Below are positions 45,249 to 57,290 of a stretch of 64,000 bases of DNA, piece after piece (the first letter of the stretch is position 1; the number at the start of each line of letters is the position of its first letter). Location of the stretch: assembly GCA_030704615.1 (NCBI GenBank), contig CM060732.1:25234001-25298000 (forward strand), read 5' to 3'. The DNA comes from Takakia lepidozioides (lineage: Eukaryota; Plantae; Bryophyta). The notes below the pieces were generated by a model. The model was not told the origin of the DNA, did not search any database, and was given only the letters and a program-made list of their open reading frames with translations. The position numbers were made by a program, and so were the translations under genes.

Positions 45249-48200
45249 TCAGGTGGACTCTGGTGTCTGCCAGCCCTTGGGGATGGCCCCAACATCATGG
45301 ATTATTTCTCGGTGACAAGACCAAACAAGCTTGATTGCCTCTGGTGTCCCAATTCCAGCACCCCGTGGGTCTCCAGCAGGACCAAACCTACATAGACAAA
45401 CAAGATAACAACCACAAGCGCACTCAGTGTGTACTAGCAAAGATTGCATGAATAAGAGAAGCATGTTTAATAGGGACAGAAGTGAGTTTCAATATATAAG
45501 TTAACTGGAAAGAATATGTGACTGTACCAGTGGTTTTGCGGAGCTCCCGTGGTCCGTGCCCGGATGCCTGCATATGTGGTGCCGTTCACCGTGCTGCTCA
45601 ACACTTCCTGATGCAAGTTCCAAAGCATACTAGACAATTCAAACTCCAGCGCTACACTTGCCACTCCAAAATACTGTAGGTTTGGAGCATAGAATTTGTC
45701 GCACGTCCTCTTGATTTGTTAGATTCCAGGATGGAAATGTCACCCACCCGAATTGCAAACGTGAGGTCCACTTTCAGATGGGATAGCAGTAAAGCAGTGG
45801 AGAATCAAATTGAGGGAGGAATTTAACCTGGAGAAAAAGAACATCATTGGAGACTACAGCAGCAGTCAGGTGAGCGTGCATTCGCTCACAAGCCTCCAAC
45901 ACCAACGGCAGATCTTCCTGTTTGTACTCTGTCAGGATCTGCCCTCCCCAACGTCAGACCACCACCATTACACCCATTATCAAAAGTTTCTTTTTCTGCA
46001 CACCCAAGTGTCATGACCGACACACACAGCCAGACAAACAGGTCAGGCACTTACTTGAAAGGGCCCAAAGATCTCAGTTGTGGCAGCTTCAAAGTTTTCC
46101 TTGCTCTTCAACATCTCTTTGAGAGGAACAAAAACTGCCGTTGGCTCCACAGCACCATAAATGCTCGGAATGTTATGGTTCTCAAGAGGCTTCCCTCCAA
46201 ATGCTAAATGTGCACCTGGAATGGTCAACAGCTTCTGTACATGCTCCAGCATTCTTTCTGTTGTCACCTGAAATGCACCACCATCATAGAAGCAAAATTC
46301 ACTCAGAATTTCTTGTCTCATAGTATGAGCGCTGATCAGATCAGAGGCTCGACAATGGGTAATCTAGTTTAAGTCTTGATTCACGAATTTCAGGTGTCTT
46401 TCCACCAACTCTTCAAAAGTTGTTATGTCAACAGACAACAATTACGTACCCTAGACTGACCATGATCTGCATCAAGGCTTTCGGTACTTGAGGACATGAG
46501 TTTCAGTCTAGTGTTCACACAAATTGATCTTGACGCCAATTTGCCCACCCCCCGGACGTTCAATAAATCAGGTGAATAAACCCCAAGAACTTGAACTCCA
46601 TAAATCATTTGATGGATTACATCTCCACAATGGTGGCCAACACTTTCCAGGTCAAGATTGCCAATCGTGCGATACTAGAGTGGGAAAACTGAGTTAGCAT
46701 AGCAAGAGGTGACGTACAGTCAGAACAGGACCAACTGTCAGGTCCTCCAGTTTCCTCCTTGCTGCCAACTCCTTAAGCTTCCCCACAAAGCCAACCGCCG
46801 CCCAGTTCTGCATGATACAAAACATCTTATACTCACACCTCTCGCCACAGCAGTTTGGAAGAAAAAGAAGAGTAAAATTGAAGGATGAATCATGCCTTTT
46901 CAAGGACAGCCTCTTTCCAGAAGTGTACCCATTTTTCTACATCAACATATGTATCCCACCGTCACAATCATACCCGCAGATCCACAACCAAGGTTCCCTC
47001 CAGCTGGGGGAAGTTACTGTGGCAGTAGGCAGGTTCTTAGCATATAACATCAACAGAAAGCCCAAGAGCTTCTGGGACAGAACGAAAGAAACTATATGAG
47101 TCCACAGAGAGGGAGAGTAAGTTGATTGTGGCCTCGCTTATTTCCTAACAACTAACTTTTCATCTATTCTTTACATCAGTAAAATAAGCGAAATAGTTGG
47201 GACAGTCAGAGCTAACAGCGATATCACTCACTACTACAAATTAATCTGCGGGTCTTCGCGCCAGAACCTCACCAATGCTCGCCCTATCAAACTAGCCACG
47301 CGGGGTTCAATAGGCCTCTCACCAGTCTCCTTTATGATTCCTGAACTATGTTATGGATCAATCCAACGACACCACATGACACAACCAACAAATGTGTTCT
47401 CCACTGACATAACAGACTAATTCTATTACTGCCTCCTCCAATGGATCCCCACTCATAGTTCAGAGATGGCTGCTTCTTCCTGTCAGAGTTTGACTGAGTT
47501 CTTGTCCTACTTTGTTGCCACAGTATCGCTACTGCATTGCACTTTGGGGACAGAATCTACTCAACAAGTAAACCACGAGATAAACAATTACAACAGAGAA
47601 ACAGGATGGTGAAAAGAATGATGACACAACCATTTAGCACACCCTCAATCTCTCGGAATTCCGAGCTATAACTCTTTACTAACTGCACTTAGCAGAAACA
47701 CATGCAAGGAGCCTCGAACCTACGAATCAATATCAAGGCTGACAGCCCTCTCGAGTACAGCAATGCTTGTCTCTCCGCCTACAGATTATACCAACTCTGT
47801 ATATGACTAAGTATTCCTTGTAGCAAAAGAGAGAGAGAAATGAAATGAAATGAAATGGTGCTTTATAACGTCCGGGGAAAGCTCATAGAGCTTATGGGAC
47901 AAAATGGAAAGAAAAACATGAGAGAAAACAGGAAACCAGAGTCAAGAGAAGAACTATTGTTCAAGTGATTGTCTAAGGGTGAATGCCTCGTGCAGGTAGG
48001 CTGCCAAGCATTTCTGATCCTCACAGTGAAAGACCTCAGTGAGAGATTGGGTTCCACGGAATAGACAATGGAATCTCCCACGGATCTCAATTTCCTGGTT
48101 GCGCCCTGTGCAAGCTGGACAGAGGCGGTCCTGCTGCAGGTTTTCCCATCTGCCAGTCTCTATCCGTAGGTTGTGGGAGCCCACCCTGAACCACCCCAAA

Positions 48201-51200
48201 GCCCTCAGGAGAGAAGGAGAGAGAGAGAGAGAGAGAGAAATGAAATGAAATGAAATGGTGCTTTATAACATCCGCGGGAAGCTCATAGAGCTTATGGGAC
48301 AAAATGGAAGAAAACATGAGAGAGGAAACAAAACCAGAGCCAAAGATAAAAACTATTGATCGAGTGATTGTCTAAGGGTGAGTGCCTCGTGCAGGTAAGC
48401 TGCCAAGCATTTCTGATCTTCACAGTGGAAGACTTCAGTGAGAGATTAGGTTCCATGGAATAGACAGTGGAATCTCCCACGGATCTCATAGTATAGAGGG
48501 CAATAGAAGAAGAAGTGTTCTTCAGTTTCAATTTCCTGGTTGCGCCCAGTGCAAGCTGGACATAGGCGGTCCTCCCGCTGCAGGTTTTCCCATCTGCCAG
48601 TCTCTAGCCGTAGGTTGTGGGAGAGAGAGGGAGAGAGAGAGAGCTCCAAGAAGACGAGCTCATAGCGGACAGGGGGTCTGAGAAGTTGTGTCTCTTGAGC
48701 ACAGGATACTTGCGCATCACATCAAATAGACTTCCGTAGGAAGAGAGAAACAGACCTCATGCAAAAACAAGATAGACTGGGCAGAGCATTTTTGGCCACT
48801 GCAGGCATATGCATCCTGATCACACACCCATGCGACGTACTCCTCCTGCCACCCTCATAACCCACTTCCCTCGTGTCAATACCCTGTGACCCCTTACCTT
48901 GCTGCATGTGGCATCCTCATCCCTTCCTTCCCCAAAACTACCCTCAGTCTGTCACTGCTTAACCAGCCACAGGTGCAGGTAGATAGGAGATGGGCAGAAT
49001 CATTCATGGGATGATGTGCCTTGGGCCATGCAAAGAGATGATGTCAAATGAAAAGGCAGCAGGAGATAAGGAAATTGTGGATAAAGGAACAATGACAAAC
49101 AGATTGAACGAGGTTCCTATCTGTTCGAGTAGAAAAATGAAGGAGAACCACACAGAGACATAAAGTTCAGCGTACATTCTGCACATCTGGCCCCAGAATT
49201 TTCCAGTCAAAGCCGGCATCCTCCAATTTGACACGCCCTTTCAAATCCACAGCCAACTTTTCAGCCACAGTTGAGCTCCCAGTAAACAATGTCATTTTTG
49301 GTTCAGCCTGTAGGAAGACAGACAGTCCGTCGTCATCGATTGGAGATCTGGAGGAATAAATGTAGAATAGCAATAACCCATTTATGAGGTGTTGTGTGGA
49401 AGAGAGGCATTAAACTGCATCCAATATACAAGAATAGAAGGCTATACTACCTCAAGCAGTAGTCTGTTCATAACTGGGCCATCAGAGTTGATGAAATCAG
49501 CATCTGCTGGAGGCAGCCCACATTCATGCAAGAGCCTCAAAAATTGCTCCATCACAAGGCTTACCTGTGCACCAAAACCTCAAGGTCATTAGTGAAAGTA
49601 GTAGGCATAACTCGTTGTGCTGGACCTATGCTGATTTCAACCTATTGTCTTGAGGATGAAGTTTTACTTGTGGATACAAGAAGGGAGTAACAACCTTGCT
49701 GTCAACCTTCAGGAGGGGCTTGTTGCCCATGAAGAGAGCTCCCAAAAGCTGTAGCACGGGAATTTCCAATGGAAAATTGAAGGGAGTGATGATCGCCACC
49801 TACTACCCCACAAAGCAACAGGCTTCTGCCCTTTCAGCAATCGGCAAAGAAAGACCTAAAATTTGGCCAAGATACATTATTAAGATCACAAAATCTTCAC
49901 CAAAAATAGCAGAAACATCCAAACTTCTAGTCCAGACTGAACATTAAAGAGGAAATTGCTTGAAGCTGTTAGAACACATTAATACCGGGCCATAAGGCCA
50001 GCGGAGGCCAGTGCTTTGTTGTCCTGCATGGTTACCCGGAACAGCAAACGATCGGGCCAAAAAACGAACCTGTCCATATCAACTGGCAAGATTAAACAGC
50101 AGAACGAACAGATCCATCAGTACAAATTTTCCAGTAATGGATATCTTTCATTTTGAGTGTTGACAACATGCAGCTTGTTCGACTCTTTCTCTAGAGTACC
50201 ATTTCATCTCTGTCTTTTGGAATCTATGAGTTTAATTCAGGTCACTGTAGCTGCAAACTCATTCGTTAATCTGTTTGGTGGTTTTAATGACATTTAATGG
50301 TGATTGACTGTGAGTTCAAGCATTTACTGCCATCAGGGTTGTGGGGCCAACTGAGCCTGGAAAGAATACACCATGGGTAGTGCCCCTGTACTCAACTCCA
50401 AAATCGGCTTCTGGATGTCACATTTGCCATTATCCGATTACTGTAAGTGCCCTGATTATTCCAGTTTCAGTACTCACCGCAACTGCGATAAGTACTATGG
50501 TGGTCACTTAAACTCCCGGATACTGTTTCATCAGCCAGACAGATAGAAAATGATCCTATAAGAGACTTGCTCACAAGTCATATTACACAGAACTTGCTTT
50601 CCCATCCATTTGTGAATACTTTTCTTACTAGGTTTGCAAGATGTCAAAGATATCCTGTTCCTGCTCAATTTCAAAGGCTGCCACAAGTTGAGACCATTCA
50701 AAGACCTGGAAAGAAACCAGGTTTCTAGTGTATGAATCTAACTCTGACATAACAAGGGCTGCCTCTTGTAGCTCATTCCATAAGAGTGACTATTGAAGAA
50801 CAACATCCTTACCTGGTCCCCTGAGAAGTTTTCGAGGAATTTTTGTGTTACAGTGACCTCGCCCAGGGCCTGTGCATAGCTTTTTGGGGAGACACGCTGA
50901 ATGAGGGTTGCAAAGAAACTCTCCACCTAGCATCTCGCAGGAGTATCAATACCAAATCAAATTCAACTAGTTGAGGAAAGCCCAATCCAACTCTTCTTCT
51001 AGGCCTTAATGAATCTGTGTCTTCAAGAATGGAACACACACTCCCTCTTCCTTCACCTGCACTAACGGAAGAAATGAATTTTATGTCTGGTAAAAACAGG
51101 TCTTGTGAGACATACCTCAGGCTGCTTCAATGCATAGGCAGCCTTGGAAGACACATCTCCCATCAAAAGATACCTGTCACACAATGTCAAGCAAATACTT

Positions 51201-52702
51201 GCCTTAGATATAAAATCACCTAAAATGCACGTGTTGTACAACAGATACACGTAACCATCTTTATGAAAACAGTGAATGATTTGAGTAACACAACTGTGAA
51301 AGATTCCATTGGGCTTAAGTTCAGAAACTCAACACACCTTTCAGGATTTTTGAGTGGGTTGTGAAGACCTGACTTAGGGCATGCCCGCAAGCTCTCCACA
51401 AATGCCTGCATGAAAATGACATATCTCCTTAATCAGTTACAATATATCACCTGTCATCCTTCAAGAGAAGATATGCAATGGATTAGAGGGAAGACAGAGA
51501 CAACATATCAAGAGGATATGACACAGATACTCAACTAGAACCGCATTGTCTGTGTGGGGGAAGAACAAAGTTTGTACTACAGAGAGAGGGGGGGATGAGG
51601 AGAGAGGGTGGGAAAAGGAAGTGAGGAGGCCCAGACTTTAAGCTCAGCAGTCGAAGTATCAGGCACACGAATAAACTTCTGGCCATTGAGTGGGTCCAAC
51701 AAGTCAATCCACTTTGATGTGCTCTGCCACTTTCCGTCCACTGCACACATCACAGAATAATTTGCAAGTGCTGATACACAGTTAGAACCTTTTGATGCAT
51801 GGCACTTCAATGGCCGTGGCGAGTGACTTTCCATTTTCATTGCAGATCGGCCTGGAGGCAGGAGTATGAGTGGTCTTGGTAGCCTTCTGGGTGGCGTTAC
51901 TTGGATATGAAATTATTATCGAGGTGCTAGCCTCCAATACACCAGGTAGGGCACACAGCCTTCTAAACAGATGAACCAAAATGTGATAGGTCAGTTAATG
52001 CAGACACTATTCACAAGAATGCAACGTTTTATTGCAGTCACAAAATGAAGGGTTTAGGGTTTGATTCCATCTCTTCATGTCTCCCTCACTGTGATGCTTT
52101 GTCACACATTGCATGAAATCTTGCTTAATAATACAACTCTGCCTCTATTTGGGAAGGGCATCATACGTTTGAAAGATGATTGAGTTAATTCAGAACCAGG
52201 AGATAGATTTGCAACTTGGCAACGACAGTACATCTTTGAAGCAAGCCTATACATCTCTGGTTCAACGAAGGGGAATCATTATGTTGTAGATCGTAGCACT
52301 CTACCGATGAGTACTTTCCATACCAAGGTTGTACATCTGGCATGGTTGAGATCCCGATACTTCCTTTGGATCAACTGTTGCAAAAGAGAGTGTTGATGTA
52401 TCCCTGCAAACAGAAAGACAATCCATTCCCATGAAGAGCGACAGGTTGAGCACATTTCAATATCAATACTACCACGCCACACATAACATTCTCTCTTCAG
52501 TTCCTCTAACACCTAGGACCCGGTAACAAAAGTCCCTCGCTCCTCCCTCTCTCCCCAGACAACACAGGCAGACGGACCTTTGTCCTGGAAAAAGAGCAGA
52601 TATCCACGGAGAGGAGACACGATGGAGACTGCCGCGCAATGAAGCCTGCGTCGTCAAATTTTTCTTGCTTTGAACAATGGCGTTCGTGAGATGGCGCTGC
52701 AT
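45249..52702 (-). CDS. P5CDH: Delta-1-pyrroline-5-carboxylate dehydrogenase (ALDH12A1), mitochondrial; ~16 exons
   Basis: Exons encode a transit-like N-terminus (52702-52578), SFATVDP, CPKSGLHNPLKNPER, QRVSPKSYAQALGEV..FLENFSGDQ, VRFLARSF..WPYGP, VAIITPFNFPLEIP, LFTGSS..KLEDAGFDWKILGPD, DQDAYACSGQKCSAQS (catalytic Cys), TTEIFGPFQ, NGTTYAGIRARTTGAPQNHW and FGPAGDPRGAGIGTPEAIKLVWSCHREII...TGA. Confidence 0.96.
47829..48645 (-). mobile_element. Two tandem 5'-truncated RTEX-like LINE 3' ends in a P5CDH intron
   Basis: Each unit encodes HNLR(L/I)ETGRW..RLCPAC (the 48446-48649 unit continues ..ETEEHFFFYCPLY, a C-terminal Zn finger; the other unit is internally deleted there) and ends in (CATTT)3. 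The units are separated and flanked by (CT)n. Confidence 0.85.
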
Positions 52703-54259
52703 TGTGACAGCTCACCTTGGTTACCTTTTCCTCCCTATGAAAGCCAAGAGAGTTCAAACTTTTTCCTGCATGACAAAACGATTACCTTGAGACACTGACT
52801 CCTCAATTGCTGCAGATTACAATGCCCGAAAGAAGAGATGCAATTATGTTCAGTCTCACGTTCTGGAGATACAGGTGAGGTCATAACGAGATTCATTGTT
52901 ATAATGTGAAAATTTCAAATGTGCACGGGGCCATAATATGAAGCAGGTAGGTAGAGGTGGAAGTGATACAGTATGAACTAAGAACGTGGTCAAAACACTT
53001 ACAAATAGTAAGGCTGGGCGACCAGTAGGCCGGATTGATTTTTTGTCACGGGACAAATTTCTGCATGGATGCCCGATCGATCCTGAAGAATAAGATAAGG
53101 AAGCACCAGAGGAGGAAGACGAGTAACAGTCTCGATCTACAAAAAAAATCTCTGTCAATTAACTCAACCAGGAGGAGTTATTTCCTTGCAAACTTTACTG
53201 TCACAATCCTGAGAGAATGCAAAACCTGATACCAATATGGCCGGTGTCAGGAGGATACACTATAACAGATAGATTCCAGCACACTGTCGGAGAACAGAAG
53301 GGGATTCCAATTTCAGTAGCCACCAAAATAGTATGATCCCAATAACATTTTCAACAATCCTCTACAGTCAATGCACCGGACCCTGCCCTTGTACTCGTGA
53401 ATCTACACAAACCACAAATAGACAACACAGTGTGTGTGCTGGCCACTGAGAACGGAGTATCACCTAGCACAGGGATCTACGATCCAAAGCTGAAACGGTG
53501 CTCGACTACAAGCAGACGGAAGAGAAAAAACAAGCAAGACTGCAGACGGAAGAAGAAATAATTAGAAGATCTCCTCCCAGGCTACACGAAAACAAGAAAC
53601 AATTTGAGCCTCAATTGCTCGCTTCACTAACCACCGCTCGCCTCTGCATTCCCTCTTCTCTGTCCCTTTCACTGCGCAGGGATCCCCACGACAGTCCATA
53701 TGAAGTGAAAAGTTGAAGCAAATATCTTAAAGGAAAGGCAGAATATGAGGGAAATTACTTAGGAGAGGTGCAGGAAGAACCAGGAGTCAAGGAAATCAAG
53801 CCGGCTCTTACTTAGGGATACTAACGCTCCGCGGCCAAAAGACTTGCCACATCAGCCTCTTGCCCGTCTGTGTCACATCGTGCCTTGCTGGCGACCAGCG
53901 GAAGGCATCTTCTGCTTAATGGGCTCTTTACAACAGGAGAGAGGGGTAGTTACAAGATAATTTGACATTTCCTATTACAAAAAGGTGTCCGGAAATAGTG
54001 GAGGTTAGAGGATGGGAAAGAGCCTTAAAAAAAAAATCAATTCCCTTTCCAATATAAGTCGTAAATATACCATCAGACCCGGCACCGAGACCATACCACA
54101 CACTGGGACGAGGTAGCCAGATTTGAGCCCCAAACCATTGGGGTCACACAAGTACACCGGCTGCCCCTCTTTCATCCGCCCAATCATTTAAAAATAAAAT
54201 AATAAAAGACAAAATGATATCTGGAAAGCAAAAATATATGCTGCCTCTCACAAAAAAAA

Positions 54260-55058
54260 TTCCCTGATGGAGCTGTTCTGTGTATCTCATGTTGTTCGGG
54301 TGCCCAGGAAACTCTAGAGAATTGCTTTGTTTCCACCCCCCTCCGCTTCCACTATCTAGAATATGGTCCTACGTTTCTACTCCTCATGGGATAATCCGAT
54401 TGTGAACAGCCCTGCAATTCTGCTTCTGAATTTTTGTCAAGGTCAATCTTGGACCTCATGCAGCCCAATGTGGGCTGTCCTTAGAGCCCACATTCTCTGG
54501 AATGTGTGGAAATCCAGATGCTAGATCTGCTCTGTGTATGGTTCACTTAGACCTTATGTCTGAGGCCAGAAAGGCTTGATGAGTTATGAGGGAAGCTTTT
54601 TTGCAGGTGTAATCAAAGAAGGAGAACTCAATTGCTTTTGACAACACTTGGGAAAAGGGAGCAACCATCTGCTCCAGAGATCTGGCATCGCGGATTCGTT
54701 GGATCCCACCAAGCTGGGAGCTCGCTTACCGAGCTCCCACCGTTCCCTTGCACATGGTGAAGAGTCTGAAGTGAACTGGAGGCATCGCAGATCCCTTAGG
54801 AAGACTCGTTCTAGAACTCACCTGTCATTTGAACCTTACAAGAGGAATCGGGGTACTCATTAGGGCCTCCGCTGCTCTTAGAGCCTCCTATGCTCTTCTT
54901 GTCATCTCACTATTGTCCCTTCAACTTTGTTACGAAGCATTGCCTTCCTAGATCAGCCTCTATGGCACTTTTATGAGGTTATTTTTCCTCAATGTACTTC
55001 TCGGGCTTTTGTCCCATGGCTATTTATACAAAATAAGAATACAATAAATAAAATAAAA
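54260..55058 (+). mobile_element. Degenerate L1/Tx1-type LINE 3' fragment
   Basis: Zn-finger-like CISCCSGAQETLENCF, then the LRAHILWNVWKSRC motif, and an A-rich tail AATAAATAAAATAAAA. Confidence 0.55.
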
Positions 55059-55115
55059 GCATCTGAAAATCTCGATGGCCCGGAAGATGGAAGTATGGAC
55101 TGTGGATGTATGGAC

Positions 55116-57084
55116 TACTGTTGTACTGGTATTGGTGTTCAACCCAGGTATCAATAATGGGTATCAACCTGGTATCGTAGAACCTATCAGTCGAGTAGGT
55201 CGTGGCAGCAATACCTAGGTCGACCCCAGTCACCCTAATATCACTCCAGGCTCTACCACGTTGATACTGAGAACCGGCTTGCATTCTTCCTGCGATATCA
55301 GTATTGAGACACAGGTTGGCCCAAAAAATTTGGTGAATCCCGGGAAGGGTTTTTCACATTATGAGGGATGGTGGTGGCTCCATAGAAGATCGGATTTAGG
55401 CCTTTCTACTAATCAGATTAGCATACTCTAACTTTCTGCAACTACAACAAATATGAATTCAAATTGTCTCTTTTGGGACAATTTTCCTACATTTTCTTGC
55501 ATTCAAGCTTTGTATGTATGTTTTTGTTTGTATACTCAGGTTGTATGTTTGTGATTTGGCTAGTCATTCTTTGTTGTGCGCTGCATATTTCTGTTTTGGC
55601 TTTGGCTTTCAGGTTGTGTATGATGGGTGCAAAACCTATTGATACCCAGGTTGATATACCCCTGGTACTGCAAAAAATTACCCCCAATTATTGATACCAC
55701 GTACCCACCGCAGCCAAAGCAAATACTTATACCAATATTGTAATTGAAAAAACCAGACCCTACAATATTTAGGTTGATACCTTGGTTCTAATTTCATTCG
55801 TAACTTCTGCATGCTGATGTGTTCAACATGGATGAGTTCAAGGCTCTTTTACAGGCTCGAGCCCAACAAGACTTTGGCAACTAGGAGGCTAAGTGGGAAG
55901 AAACAACATAAGGAGCGCATAAGTGTGGCCTTGACTGCAAAGTATGAAGTTGCTGCCAATGATTATTAACAAATCATTACGGCCCTATGCATTCACACGC
56001 AGGAATATCACAAGTCCTTCCAACTTGGGCATTCTGTGGTTTGCTAACAGTAAGGCTTAGATGACGATATTGCTATTTGAGAAGTTCATGTTGGATTTTG
56101 AAAGACGGATGCGCATTGCTGGGAAGGAAAAGGTACTTATGCTCTTAGACAATTTCTTTGGTCATAAGGTGGTTAATCTCACTGCATACCAGTTACGTAT
56201 CACCACCATTGTCATGCTTCCTCCCAATACAACAAGCAAGTGGCAACCTATGGACGCTGGGATCATCAAGGCCTTTAAGGCGCATTACAAACAGTCATCA
56301 GATTGATTGTTTGATGAAAAACAAGAACCCTGAGATTGATGTATATCAAGCTGTAATTATGGTTGAAAAAGTATGGCATGCTCACATAAGTTTTGATGTC
56401 ATTAGACATTGCTATCAACATTGTGGTCTTTACAGCTTGCCAAATCTAGATGGTGGCAACGTCTCGCAGGGGCTGGACGCTCACGGTGAACTTCAGGAAA
56501 TGGATATACTCTTGCAGTAATTTGCAGAGCTCTCCATCAGTGAGGTTCCAACCATGGATGCATTAAAGTTTGTTGATTTCGAAACACAATTTGATCTTAA
56601 CACGCCTTTTGAGCCTACTGATGACAAGATTTGGGACATAGTGACTCCTGGAGAGGAGATCGTTGAAGAAGAAGACGATGAAGAAACAGTTTTGCCACAA
56701 CAACCCGTAGTATCATTTTGTGAGGTTCAAGCTGCCATTGACACTTTACATTTATATCTTGCGCAGTAAAACACCGATACTAGTGCTTGTCTCGTGAAGT
56801 GTTTAGCAATCTAGAAGGAAGTGATTTTAGCTAGGCATTCTACTTGTCGACAAACCGACATTCTTTCATATTTTCAACCTACTCAATGATTAAATGTTAT
56901 CTTGTTATCTTTCATTGGCATGACCTGGTTTAGTGTGCCTCTTGTAACTGTTAATTTATAAAAATTCTCCCCGCTTTCCGGTTATATTTGATACATGGCT
57001 ATCTGTTAGAAATTGATACTCTAGAGGCCTAATATTAAAGCAGGGCCCACTGTATATTAAAAATTCAATACCAGTACAACACTG
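55116..57084. mobile_element. hAT-like non-autonomous element with 8-bp TSD
   Basis: TIRs TACTGTTGTACTGGTATTG / CAATACCAGTACAACACTG, flanked by GTATGGAC (55108-55115) and GTATGGAG (57085-57092). Subterminal GTATCAA/TTGATAC repeats are present. Confidence 0.75.
55815..57052 (+). mobile_element. Pogo/Tigger-type (DDE_1) transposase remnant nested in the hAT-like element
   Basis: VFNMDE..LF, KERISVAL, MT..LFEKFM..F, VLMLLDNF.GH and LPPNTTSKWQPMDAGIIKAFKAHY, with stops and frameshifts. The right end is ..GGGCCCACTG|TA at 57052. The left TIR was not found. Confidence 0.85.
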
Positions 57085-57290
57085 GTATGGAGTCTGGACT
57101 ATCGACGGTGGCCACATTCCTGCCACGTCATCAGCATCTGTTGTGGATGAGGCCAATTTTTCGCTATCATGCCACGTGTCTTAGTTCACATCCGTTGGAT
57201 TTGTTAATAGGCTGATCTCAGCCGCTTGAAGGGAAAGATGGAGAACATAAGTCAGAACAAGTAGCGAGAGTGCACCTGATCAGAGCTCTC

